Source: a bacterium (GTDB lineage: Bacteria; RBG-13-61-14; DATKZS01). Taken from it: a DNA stretch of 64,000 nucleotides. Each line of letters begins with the position of its first letter. The first letter of the stretch is position 1. The DNA is taken from contig CAXXFL010000006.1 in the NCBI GenBank assembly GCA_963674965.2, positions 384,001-448,000 of the forward strand, read 5' to 3'. Position numbers and translations under genes: made by a program. Shown piece by piece: positions 19,870-29,210 of this stretch. A model generated the notes under the pieces. The model did no database searches. It had not been told where the DNA came from and saw nothing but the letters and a program-made list of their open reading frames with translations.

Positions 19870-21587
19870 TTAGACTCCCGCTTGGAAGCACTTTTCTTGG
19901 GGGAAGTCTTTTTAGGGCTTGCCTTGGCCTTGGACGCCGCTCCCGCGCCGGACCGGGCCCCCTTTTTGTATTCCTTGGCCGCCGCGATGAACTCGCGGAA
20001 AAGCGGGTGAGGGTCCCAGGGCCGGGACTTGAACTCGGGATGGAACTGGCAGCCCAGGAACCAGGGATGTTTCCTTTGATCGAGCTCGACCACCTCGACC
20101 AGGCCGCGGGTGGGATTCACGCCCGTCAGCTTGAGCCCCTTCTTGCAAAGGACCTCCCGGTAGGCGTCGTTGAACTCGTAACGGTGCCGGTGCCTCTCGG
20201 AGATATGCGTCGTCCGGTAGGCCTTGAAGGCCTGGGAGTGCTTCTCGAGCACGCAGTCCCACGCGCCCAGCCTCATGGTGCCGCCCTTGTTCGAGACGCC
20301 TTTTTGCTCGATCATCAGGCTGATGACCGGATGGGGCGAGTTCTCGTCGAACTCGGTCGAGTTGGCGCCCTTGAGCTTGGCAACCGCGCGGGCGAACTCG
20401 ATGGTGGCTATCTGCATGCCCAGGCAGATGCCGAAGTAGGGTATCTTTTTCTCGCGGGCGTACCGGGCCGCCTTAATCTTGCCCTCGATGCCCCTCGATC
20501 CGAAGCCGCCGGGAACCAGCACGCCCTGGCATCCCTCCAGCAGCTCGGCGGGAGTCTTTCCCTTCTCGAGTTCCTCCGAGTCCACGAACAGCAGCTCGAC
20601 GCGGCAGTTGTTGGCGATGCCCCCGTGGGCGAGCGCCTCGTTGAGGCTCTTGTAAGACTCGGTCAGGTCCACGTATTTACCCACGATGGCTATCCGGACC
20701 ACGGCCTTGGGGTCCTTGATCAGCCGGGCTATGCGCTCCCATTCCTCGAGGCGGGGGTCGCCCGTCCAAATGCCCAGGACGTCCACTATCTGGCCGTCCA
20801 GGCCCTCCTGGTGGAGCATGATCGGGACCTCGTAAATGGTGGCCGCGTCCTGCGCGGCGATGACCCGGGAGGGCCTCACGTTGCAGAAAAGGGCTATCTT
20901 TCTTTTCAGATCGTCATCGAGCGGATACTCGGTGCGGCAGACCAGGATATCTGGCCTGATCCCGATCTCCTGGAGCTTGTTCACCGAGTGCTGGGTGGGC
21001 TTGGTTTTCAGCTCTCCCGCGGCGCTTATGTAGGGGACCAGGGTCACGTGGACGTAGCAGCAGTGCTCGGGGCCCACGTCGAACTGGAACTGCCTGATGG
21101 CCTCCATGAAGGGAAGGCTCTCGATGTCGCCCACCGTGCCGCCTATCTCCATGATGGCGATGTCGGCGTCGCCGGCGGCCGCCGTGATCCGGTTCTTGAT
21201 CTCCTCGGTCACGTGGGGGATGACCTGGATGGTCTTGCCCAGGTAGTCCCCCCTCCTCTCCTTCTCGATGACCGTTTTATAAATCTGGCCGGTGGTGCAG
21301 TTGTGCTTCTTGGTGAGCTGGGCGTTGGTGAAACGCTCGTAATGCCCCAGGTCAAGGTCGGTCTCGGCCCCGTCGTCGGTGACGAAGACCTCACCGTGCT
21401 GAAGGGGGTTCATGGTCCCGGGATCGACGTTAAGGTATGGGTCGAGCTTGGCCAGGGTGACGGTAAGCCCCCTCGCCTCCATCAAGGCCCCGATGCAGGC
21501 GGCGGTCAGTCCCTTCCCCAGGCTCGAGACGACTCCTCCGGTTACGAAAATGAACTTAGTGGCCCTCTCCTTTTCACGCGTCGCCAT
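19866..21587 (-). CDS. pyrG: CTP synthase
   Basis: [48 protein letters not shown]. Confidence 0.98.
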   Translation of the reverse strand: MATREKERATKFIFVTGGVVSSLGKGLTAACIGALMEARGLTVTLAKLDPYLNVDPGTMNPLQHGEVFVTDDGAETDLDLGHYERFTNAQLTKKHNCTTGQIYKTVIEKERRGDYLGKTIQVIPHVTEEIKNRITAAAGDADIAIMEIGGTVGDIESLPFMEAIRQFQFDVGPEHCCYVHVTLVPYISAAGELKTKPTQHSVNKLQEIGIRPDILVCRTEYPLDDDLKRKIALFCNVRPSRVIAAQDAATIYEVPIMLHQEGLDGQIVDVLGIWTGDPRLEEWERIARLIKDPKAVVRIAIVGKYVDLTESYKSLNEALAHGGIANNCRVELLFVDSEELEKGKTPAELLEGCQGVLVPGGFGSRGIEGKIKAARYAREKKIPYFGICLGMQIATIEFARAVAKLKGANSTEFDENSPHPVISLMIEQKGVSNKGGTMRLGAWDCVLEKHSQAFKAYRTTHISERHRHRYEFNDAYREVLCKKGLKLTGVNPTRGLVEVVELDQRKHPWFLGCQFHPEFKSRPWDPHPLFREFIAAAKEYKKGARSGAGAASKAKASPKKTSPKKSASKRESK

Positions 21588-21624
21588 GCCATCTCTCCCT
21601 GCCCCCGCGGGGCGTCTTTTCGTC

Positions 21625-22404
21625 CTATGCTTTCTCCTTCTTAAGAAGGGCCTTGACTTTTTTTACGTCCTCGGGAACGTCCACCCCCACCGACTCGTGG
21701 GGCGTCTCCACCACCCTGATCCGAAAACCCCACTCGAGCACCCGAAGCTGCTCGAGCGACTCAGCCTTCTCGAGGGGCGTCCGGGGCAGGCTGGCCAGCG
21801 CCTGGAGGAAACCGTGGTTAAAACCGTAAATGCCCACGTGCTTCATCGGGGCGGGTACCAGCTCTTTGGGCGGCCCTTGCCCCTTTTTCCACGAGTCCAT
21901 GACCTCGACGCTCACCCGGTAGGCGGGAAGAGGAGAACGGGAAAAGTACATGGCGTTCCCCTGCTCGTCGCGTACCACCTTGACCACGTTGGGGTTAAGG
22001 TAGTCGGAGCGGCTCGAAATGGGCCTCATCAGGGTGCTCATGGGCAGGTCCTCATCCATGAGGAGGGGCTCGGCCACCAGGTCGAGACTGTCCGGATGAA
22101 TAAGCGGCTCGTCGCCCTGAAGGTTGATGATCACGTCGGCGCTGATCTTGGCCGCCGCCTCGGCGACCCGGTCGGTCCCGCTCTGGTGATGGTCCGAGGT
22201 CATGACCACGCGGCCGCCGAACTCGCTGACGGCCTCGGCCACGCGCTCGTCGTCGGTGGCGACCATGACCTCGTCCACCTTTTCGGCCATGGACGCCCGT
22301 TCCCATACCCATTGGATCATGGGCTTGCCGTTTATGGGGACTAGTACCTTTCCGGGAAATCGGGTTGAAGCGTATCGGGCGGGGATTATTGCCACTACCT
22401 TCAT
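21625..22404 (-). CDS. kdsB: CMP-KDO synthetase
   Basis: [45 protein letters not shown]. Confidence 0.97.
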   Translation of the reverse strand: MKVVAIIPARYASTRFPGKVLVPINGKPMIQWVWERASMAEKVDEVMVATDDERVAEAVSEFGGRVVMTSDHHQSGTDRVAEAAAKISADVIINLQGDEPLIHPDSLDLVAEPLLMDEDLPMSTLMRPISSRSDYLNPNVVKVVRDEQGNAMYFSRSPLPAYRVSVEVMDSWKKGQGPPKELVPAPMKHVGIYGFNHGFLQALASLPRTPLEKAESLEQLRVLEWGFRIRVVETPHESVGVDVPEDVKKVKALLKKEKA

Positions 22405-22429
22405 CTAAGAGCCAACCTGCTTGGAAAAG

Positions 22430-22457
22430 AGTATATCAGAGTAGGGTGAAGAGTCAA
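22430..22457 (-). promoter_or_regulatory. sigma70-type promoter of kdsB-pyrG-kdsA-kdsD
   Basis: TTGACT, 16-nt spacer, TATACT preceded by TG. Confidence 0.55.
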
Positions 22458-22474
22458 AGACGGGACCCCCATCC

Positions 22475-23686
22475 TCACGCCATCAGCTCGAGGATTTCGT
22501 CGATCAGCCGGGTCAGCTTGCCCGACTCGTCGGGGTTGGGCTTTCGGCCCTGGTCCAGAAGCTCACGGTAAAGCCCGTCGTAGGTTTTCCCGATCGTCTC
22601 GTGAGTAAAGGCCTCGGTGTCGAAAGGCTCGTGGAACTCCCCGGGAGCATCGAGCACCCGCTGGATTTTATCCGCGAAATCCCCCGGGTCGTCGTCGGCG
22701 AAAAGCCCGTTTTTTCCAGGCTTTACCGCCGCCCGCGAGGCCATGGTCTCGGTGGCCACCACCGGCAGACCGGCGGCCCCGGCCTCGTAAAGCACGATGC
22801 CCTGGGTGTCGGACAAGGAGGGAAAAAGGAACACGTCGCCCAGGAAATAAGCCGCCGCCAGCGTGTCCTGGTCCAGGAACCCGCCCCATATCAGGCGCCC
22901 GGACAACCCAAGCTCGGCGGCCTCCTTGTCCAGGGCCCCTATCTCGGGGCCGTCTCCCACCATGAAGAGCGCGTAGTTCCTGCCCTTGTCCACCAGCTTC
23001 TTCAAGGCCCTCAGGCAAAGGGCCACGTTCTTCTCCTGGCTGATCCTTCCCACGTTCAAAAGCACGGCGTCGAACTTGTCGAGACCGTATTTTCCCGCCA
23101 AGTCCTTGACCGTTTCGGGCGTGACCTTCTTGAACCTAGAAAAATCCACGCCCGTGGGAACGGGAACCACCTTGACCTCGACCCCCGCCTCGGCCAGGTA
23201 CTCCGCGATGGGGGCCGTCGGGGCGATGACCAGGTTCGTCCGATTGGCGTAGCGGATGACGTAATCCCGCACCGCCTTGCGTACCGCGTCCGAGTCGAGC
23301 ATCAAGTAATGAGTGAAAAACTCGTAAAGGGTATGGAAGGTGTAGACAAGAGGAAGGCCGAACTCGTCGGCCATCTCCAGGCCGGCCTTGCCGAGAAGGA
23401 AGGGATGGTGGCTGTGAATGAGGTGGGGCCTCCACTTTTCAATCACCTCCCGAATGGCGTCCATGTCCAGGCCCCGAAGGGGAAGGCTCATCCTGGCGTT
23501 GCGAAGATAGGCGGACTTGACGCGGAAGACCTCGATCCCCCTCACCTTCTTGCCGTAGCCGTAATCGGGCGCGATAATCAGAGTCTCGTGGCCCATCCGG
23601 TTGAGGGCCGAGTTTAAAAAATTCACCGCCACCGACACGCCCGACAGGCGCGGGAAAAAATTATTGGTAAATAAAGCCACTCTCAT
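22475..23686 (-). CDS. GT4 glycosyltransferase (diacylglycerol glucosyltransferase-like)
   Basis: FFPRLSGV, HSHHPF, TFHTLY, VGRISQEKN, DTQGIVLYEA. Confidence 0.88.
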   Translation of the reverse strand: MRVALFTNNFFPRLSGVSVAVNFLNSALNRMGHETLIIAPDYGYGKKVRGIEVFRVKSAYLRNARMSLPLRGLDMDAIREVIEKWRPHLIHSHHPFLLGKAGLEMADEFGLPLVYTFHTLYEFFTHYLMLDSDAVRKAVRDYVIRYANRTNLVIAPTAPIAEYLAEAGVEVKVVPVPTGVDFSRFKKVTPETVKDLAGKYGLDKFDAVLLNVGRISQEKNVALCLRALKKLVDKGRNYALFMVGDGPEIGALDKEAAELGLSGRLIWGGFLDQDTLAAAYFLGDVFLFPSLSDTQGIVLYEAGAAGLPVVATETMASRAAVKPGKNGLFADDDPGDFADKIQRVLDAPGEFHEPFDTEAFTHETIGKTYDGLYRELLDQGRKPNPDESGKLTRLIDEILELMA

Positions 23687-23900
23687 TCGTCCGTTTTCCC
23701 TGGTGAGATTTTACATCGCGGGCTCCCCCGGCGCAATCGCCGGCCAAGACGCCCGCCAAAACGAGAGGAAACCCCTTGTCGGCCCCGGATTGCGCTCGAT
23801 CGAGCGGGCCTGGCCATAAAATGCTATTGTAAAAAAACGCGCCATGCACTAGATTACGGATAATCCGGCGGCTCCCGCCGAACTGAAAGGAGTTCTCAAA

Positions 23901-26183
23901 ATGGTCCGGGAAGTAACCTTCGACCGAAAAAGCCTCATCATCGACGGCGAGAGAAAACTTATTTTCTCGGGCGCCATGCATTACTATCGTCTGCCTTCTC
24001 CGGAGCTTTGGCGCCATCGCCTGCGGCGGATGAAGGACATGGGCCTGGACACGGTGGACCTTTATTTCTACTGGGCCTACCACAGCCCTCGGGAGGGCGA
24101 GTACGACTTTTCCGGCTTCAGGGACGTGGACCTTCTTATGGACATGGTCGAGGAGGAGGGGTTGTACCTCATGGCCCGGCCCGGGCCCTATATCTGCTCG
24201 GAGGTCGACGGAGGCGGTTTTCCCGGCTGGCTCCTTAACAAGGACCTCAACTTCCGCTGCAAGCGGGACGGAAAGTTCGAGTACGACGCCGAGTACATGA
24301 GGAGCGTCCGGGAATGGTACGAGCAAATAGTGCCCCGTATAGCGCGCAGAAAAAACCTCATCCTCTTCCAGATCGAGAACGAGTATCACTGGCTGCCCAC
24401 GCCCAAGGGCGTCCTCCTCAAGTCCCAGAAGGCGCTCCAAAAACGGATGGGGCCCACGGCCCTCCTGGACCTGGCCATGCGGCGGCCGATTAGGGCGGCC
24501 ATGCTGGCGGCCCAGAAGAGGGCCATGAAGCGCCCGGACCATTGCCAGTCCAACCGCTATTTCAAGGAACTCTACGAAATGGCCCGCGAGATGGGGATCA
24601 AGGTCCCCATCTTCCACAACGACGTCGAGGGCGCCATGCACCGCTTCGTGGACGTGGACGTGGTCGGCATTGACGATTACCCGATCAAGACCTTTAACGT
24701 GGACTGGCACAACAGGCCTCACGTCTTCGCGAGCCTGGATATTATCGAGGAGGGACACGCGGCTCACGGCAAGGATTGCCCGGTGCTGATAGGAGAGACA
24801 CAGGGGGGCTGGTTCGATCCGTGGGGAGCCATGGGACACGCGGCCAACCGGAGAAGACTCGGTCCCGAGTCCCTGGACATAACCATTAAAACCTGCCTGT
24901 CCCAGGGAGCGGCGGTGATAAGCACGTTCATGGCCTGCGGCGGCACGACCTGGGGCTACGTGGGCAGCCCGGACGTCTATTCCTCCTACGACTTCTCGGC
25001 CCCCATCACCGAGGGCGGCCGGCCCTCCGCGAGAAGCAAGGCGCTTAAAAAGGTCATCGAGTTCGCCAGGCGCCACGAGAGGGAAATCCTCGAGTCCGTG
25101 CCCGGCCCTCCCCTTTGCGAGCTCTCCCCCCAACTGTACTGCAAGGCCAGGAAGGCCCCCACCGGCTCCCGTTTCCTCTACTTCAGGAACTGTACGAGGG
25201 ACGCCCAGCGGGTCAAGATCGGAGATAAAAGAATGAGCGTGGCCCCCTCGGCCATGACCGTCGTCAAGGTCGATGAAAGAAACGAGATTCTGGACACCTT
25301 GGCGCCCGCGACCGACACGGCCGAGTTCGTCTTCCCTCCCACCGAAATCCCCAGGCTCTCGGGATGGAGGTTCGGATGGGCCAGGTCGCCCATTGACGTC
25401 GATTTCGACGACTCGGCCTGGCTCGAGGTCCCGCCGGGAGAAAAAATGGACATGGACGCGGCCGGGGTCCACTACGGCTTCATCTGGTACAGGGCGAGGC
25501 TCGAAAAACGAATGACCTCGTTCAAGATCGACGCCAGGCACTGCTGGGCCGCCTACTTGAACGGCGTATTAATCCACGCCCATGACAACCATAAAAACCG
25601 GCTGGGCACGGGCGACGACATGGCCGAGACGGTCACGGTCAACGTGCCCCTCGGGCTTTTTCGGGACGCTGAAAACGTGCTGACCATCCTGGTCGAGAGC
25701 CTGGGCCACAACAAGGGTTTCCTCGAGGACCTGCACCAGAAACGGGGCATCGTCTCCTTCAAAGCCAAGGACGCGCCCGGCTTCCGCGTACGGGGAGGAC
25801 TTTTTCACGACCGGGAAGGCATGACTCCTCACGTGGATTTCTCGAAAGTCGAGCTGAGGCACGAAAAAGACGTCAAGGCCCCTCACCAGTGGCCGGCGGA
25901 CCGCCACGGCATAGGCGTTTATCGTACTATTTTCATTCTCGATCTGGAGGGACCCGATTCCCCTCCCCTTTCCCTGGACATACCCAGATCCTCGGAGAAG
26001 GCCCTCGTCTATATCAACGGATGGCTGGTGGGCAGGTATTGGGGATCGGTCGGACCGCAAAAGCTGTTCTACCTTCCCGCGGGCCTGCTAAACTGGAAAG
26101 GGGAAAATGAGCTCGCGATCGCCCTGTGGAGATGGGAGGAACCCGGCCTGCTCGGCGGCGTCCACCTCGAGATGCACCCTTGA
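23901..26183 (+). CDS. beta-galactosidase, GH35
   Basis: SGAMHYYR, RPGPYICSE, QIENEY (acid/base), GETQGGWF (nucleophile), SYDFSAPI, GRYW..GPQ; AAGGAG RBS. Confidence 0.92.
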   Translation: MVREVTFDRKSLIIDGERKLIFSGAMHYYRLPSPELWRHRLRRMKDMGLDTVDLYFYWAYHSPREGEYDFSGFRDVDLLMDMVEEEGLYLMARPGPYICSEVDGGGFPGWLLNKDLNFRCKRDGKFEYDAEYMRSVREWYEQIVPRIARRKNLILFQIENEYHWLPTPKGVLLKSQKALQKRMGPTALLDLAMRRPIRAAMLAAQKRAMKRPDHCQSNRYFKELYEMAREMGIKVPIFHNDVEGAMHRFVDVDVVGIDDYPIKTFNVDWHNRPHVFASLDIIEEGHAAHGKDCPVLIGETQGGWFDPWGAMGHAANRRRLGPESLDITIKTCLSQGAAVISTFMACGGTTWGYVGSPDVYSSYDFSAPITEGGRPSARSKALKKVIEFARRHEREILESVPGPPLCELSPQLYCKARKAPTGSRFLYFRNCTRDAQRVKIGDKRMSVAPSAMTVVKVDERNEILDTLAPATDTAEFVFPPTEIPRLSGWRFGWARSPIDVDFDDSAWLEVPPGEKMDMDAAGVHYGFIWYRARLEKRMTSFKIDARHCWAAYLNGVLIHAHDNHKNRLGTGDDMAETVTVNVPLGLFRDAENVLTILVESLGHNKGFLEDLHQKRGIVSFKAKDAPGFRVRGGLFHDREGMTPHVDFSKVELRHEKDVKAPHQWPADRHGIGVYRTIFILDLEGPDSPPLSLDIPRSSEKALVYINGWLVGRYWGSVGPQKLFYLPAGLLNWKGENELAIALWRWEEPGLLGGVHLEMHP

Positions 26184-26184
26184 T

Positions 26185-26224
26185 AAAAAAAGACGGGAGA
26201 GGCGATAAAAGCGCCTTTCCCGTC
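26185..26224 (-). terminator. intrinsic terminator downstream of glpB
   Basis: Stem GACGGGA-GAGGCG / CGCCTT-TCCCGTC followed on the minus strand by a T7 run; between convergent genes. Confidence 0.7.
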
Positions 26225-26241
26225 CGGAAAAGCAATAATTA

Positions 26242-27540
26242 CTATTCCGCCGCGTTCATGCCCGCCTTGGCGCCGGTGGCGATGGCCACCCCGGCTCCGG
26301 TCCCGTCCACCATGTAGTTGTAGCCGGAAAGAACGGCGCCCGCGGCGAAGAGGTTCTCGTAGGCCCTTTTGCCCGAGCGGTCCACCGGCCTTAAAAGCTC
26401 GTCAACCTTCACGCCCACCTCGAAGAGCGCGTGTCTGTCCGTCACCTTCAGGCCGGTCACGTTGCCCGAGAACTTTTGGCTGACGATCCGGTCGTTCAGG
26501 AAAAGGGGAAGCCCGAAAATGGTTTCCCTGAAGGCCCTGGTTTTTTCGAGGCCCCCTCCAATGTACTTGCCCGACGCCAGGACCCAGGACTCGGCCTCGA
26601 CGCTCTCGCGGCCGCCGACTTCCACGGAACGCGCGAAGCCGTCGCGCGACTCGAACCGAGTAACCTTGCCGCTTATGGTCCGGACGCCCTCCCTCGCGAG
26701 CCGGTCGGACAGGTGCGTGGCCAGCCTCTGGCCGGGCGCGGAGGGCGGCATGGCCAGTAGCTCGTAAACGGGCATGTTGATCCTTTCCCCGATGAACCAG
26801 GCGATGTTGGACCTGATTCCTGAGGGCAGGACCGGGGGAAGGATGATGGAGCGGACCCCCTGCGCCTGGGCGGCGGCCTCACTCACGGCCTCGACGAAGG
26901 AATCGGGATCGCGAGATATTTGCATCATAAAAGCCGTGGACGGCCTCTCACCCGTTCCCTTGAAGCGGACTTTTCCTAATCTCGGCTCGACCCGGTTACC
27001 GAGCTTGGAGGCGGAGTCCTGGGCCACCTTGGCCCACGCGGCCGCGTTGAACTGGCTGAGCCCATCGACGTCCAGAATAAGGGGAGACTCGAGCCCGTCG
27101 GACGAGGGCTGGGCCGCTCCCTGCGGGAATAAGGCGGTGAACTTCACCGTGCCGAACTGGGTGAAGCAGGGCTGATTATGGAACAGACCCCCCGCCAGCT
27201 TCAAAAGACCATCGCGAGGAAAGAGCACGGGAAGGGCCTCGTCGATTACGCTCATGACCGCGTTCTTGTTGCCCGCGGCCCGGGCGATAATTGAATATGG
27301 GTGCCCCGGATGGGTCAAGATGACCTTCTCGATGTTGAGGTCCACGTCGGTGCAGCGCTTGCCCGGACTCCCGATGGGAGGACAAGGGTCCCCCGCCACG
27401 TCCAGGGAACCGGACGACATGGACGTGGCCCCTCCCCCGGCCGCCACTATGGTTACCGAGGCCCCCGCCCGGCGGGCGAAAAGAGCGGCCGCCGCGCCCG
27501 CGAGTCCTCCTCCTATGACCGCGACTCGTTTGCCCTCCAT
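26242..27540 (-). CDS. glpB: anaerobic glycerol-3-phosphate dehydrogenase subunit B
   Basis: MEGKRVAVIGGGLAG, MSSGSLD, PPSAPGQRL, VLASGKYIGGGL, NLFAAGAVLSG. ATG 27540 overlaps glpA stop (TAATG). Confidence 0.85.
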   Translation of the reverse strand: MEGKRVAVIGGGLAGAAAALFARRAGASVTIVAAGGGATSMSSGSLDVAGDPCPPIGSPGKRCTDVDLNIEKVILTHPGHPYSIIARAAGNKNAVMSVIDEALPVLFPRDGLLKLAGGLFHNQPCFTQFGTVKFTALFPQGAAQPSSDGLESPLILDVDGLSQFNAAAWAKVAQDSASKLGNRVEPRLGKVRFKGTGERPSTAFMMQISRDPDSFVEAVSEAAAQAQGVRSIILPPVLPSGIRSNIAWFIGERINMPVYELLAMPPSAPGQRLATHLSDRLAREGVRTISGKVTRFESRDGFARSVEVGGRESVEAESWVLASGKYIGGGLEKTRAFRETIFGLPLFLNDRIVSQKFSGNVTGLKVTDRHALFEVGVKVDELLRPVDRSGKRAYENLFAAGAVLSGYNYMVDGTGAGVAIATGAKAGMNAAE

Positions 27541-29183
27541 TAGTCGAACCCCTTGATGGCGGCCATCTTGGCCAGGTTGGCGGAGAGGAAATGGGAAGCC
27601 TGGTTGATCTCCTCCTGGTCGACCATCACGCCGCCCAGTATCGGCCGCTTTCCCCTCCATCTCCTTTGCAGGAAGCTGAGTAGTTGTTCCTGAATCTCGC
27701 GTCCCGAGAGTCCCATCTCCTCGGCTAAAACGGCCACGGCGCGGGAGGCGCAGGTGGCGGCCTGACACGGGCCGGCGCCCAGCCTGGTCCGGTTGCGAAG
27801 GTCGGTAAGGCTCACGGCCCATTCCTTGCGCATGGAGTAAACCAGCTCGCAGGCCAGTACGGGCTCGCACTCGCAAACGGTCCGCTTCAGGCCCGGGTTT
27901 TCGCGGGTCAGCTCGAGGACGTCCCTGGCTCGGGCGCCGTGACGGTAGATCATCCGGGAGACCGCGTAGCGGGAGACCCCATATTCACCGGCCAGCTCGG
28001 CCGCGTCCGGCGTTTCCTCCCCCCCGGGAAGCGGCACGACGTGGGTCTGGCACCTGGCCTCCACGCCCAGTTTCGAGCAGATCAGGTCGGAGGCTTCCTC
28101 GCTCATCATCCGGTAGCTGGCGAGCTTGCCGCCCGCTATGCTTACTATGCCGCTCATCCCCTCCAGTTTTTCATGGTCATACACCATGTGGTCCCGGGAG
28201 AGGGCGTCCTCGTTCTTGCCCCATCCGTAAAGGGTGGGACGGACGGCGGCCCAGGCCCGGATGATCCTGGCCTCCCTTATGCCCGGAAGCATCCTCTCGG
28301 CCCCCTCGAGGAGGTACTCGACCTCGTCCTCGGTGACCCGCAGGTCGTCGGGGTCGCCGTAATAATCGTCGTCCGTGGTCCCCAGTATGCTGGTGTTTTC
28401 ATGGGGCATGATAAAGCTGCCCCGGCCGTCGATCATCTCGAGGATCACGCTCATGTTGAGCAGCCGGCGGTCGAAGGTCAGGTGCACCCCTTTTCCCGGC
28501 CTGATCTTCACGTCGACCCCCGCCATTTTCGAGGTGCGGTTGAGCCAGGGGCCGGTCGCGTGCATCACGATCCGGGATAAAACGTCCCTCTCCGACCCGA
28601 AGCGGTCACGGGTCTTGACGCCGATCACGTTCCCTTTCTCGTCCTTGAGAAACTCGATTACCTCGACGTGGTTGTGGATATGGGCGCCGTGCTCGGAGGC
28701 GGAGAGGGCATTGGCGGCGCAAAGCCGCTGGGGGTCTATGCCCCACTCGTCCGTGGTAACGGCCCCCACGATGTCGCGGCTGATGGTGGGGACCAGCTCG
28801 ATCACCTGCTCCTTGGACAGCATGGTGTGGGGCTTGCCCCTTTTCTCGGGCGCGAACTTGTCGTAGACCTCGAAATAGGTCTCGAAAAAAGGCGCCGTGA
28901 ACTTATGGGGTATGGGCATAATGAAGGGTATGCGAAAGAGCATGTGGGGCGCTATCTTCTGGATGTAGCCCGAGTCCACGCAGGAGTGCCTGGTCGTGTC
29001 CACGTCGTAAAGAAGGTAGCGGAGCCCGCCGTGGATCATTCCCGAGCACCCGCCGGTGGCCCCGCTGGCCAGGTCTCTTTTCTCGAACAGGGCCACGTCG
29101 ACGCCGCGGATGGCCAGGTCCCGGGCTATACCCGTTCCGTTGACCCCTCCCCCGACGACGATCACGTCGTGACTTTCTTTCAC
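27540..29183 (-). CDS. glpA: anaerobic glycerol-3-phosphate dehydrogenase subunit A
   Basis: GGGVNG, SGMIHGGLRY, GTTD, AVRP, GGKLASYR, C-terminal CECE...RTRLGAGPCQAATC (BFD-like Fe-S). Confidence 0.92.
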   Translation of the reverse strand: MKESHDVIVVGGGVNGTGIARDLAIRGVDVALFEKRDLASGATGGCSGMIHGGLRYLLYDVDTTRHSCVDSGYIQKIAPHMLFRIPFIMPIPHKFTAPFFETYFEVYDKFAPEKRGKPHTMLSKEQVIELVPTISRDIVGAVTTDEWGIDPQRLCAANALSASEHGAHIHNHVEVIEFLKDEKGNVIGVKTRDRFGSERDVLSRIVMHATGPWLNRTSKMAGVDVKIRPGKGVHLTFDRRLLNMSVILEMIDGRGSFIMPHENTSILGTTDDDYYGDPDDLRVTEDEVEYLLEGAERMLPGIREARIIRAWAAVRPTLYGWGKNEDALSRDHMVYDHEKLEGMSGIVSIAGGKLASYRMMSEEASDLICSKLGVEARCQTHVVPLPGGEETPDAAELAGEYGVSRYAVSRMIYRHGARARDVLELTRENPGLKRTVCECEPVLACELVYSMRKEWAVSLTDLRNRTRLGAGPCQAATCASRAVAVLAEEMGLSGREIQEQLLSFLQRRWRGKRPILGGVMVDQEEINQASHFLSANLAKMAAIKGFD

Positions 29184-29210
29184 TTCACTCCTCCATAAAC
29201 AAAGGGAACG

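Noticed and set aside
26242-27876. Extended N-termini in the ORF track (glpB 27876, kdsD 19135, pdaD 48812, GH 55960, URO-D 52163, desaturase 37052)
   Set aside because: The extensions overlap neighbours or promoters. Downstream starts have an RBS, stop-start coupling or family-typical N-termini.
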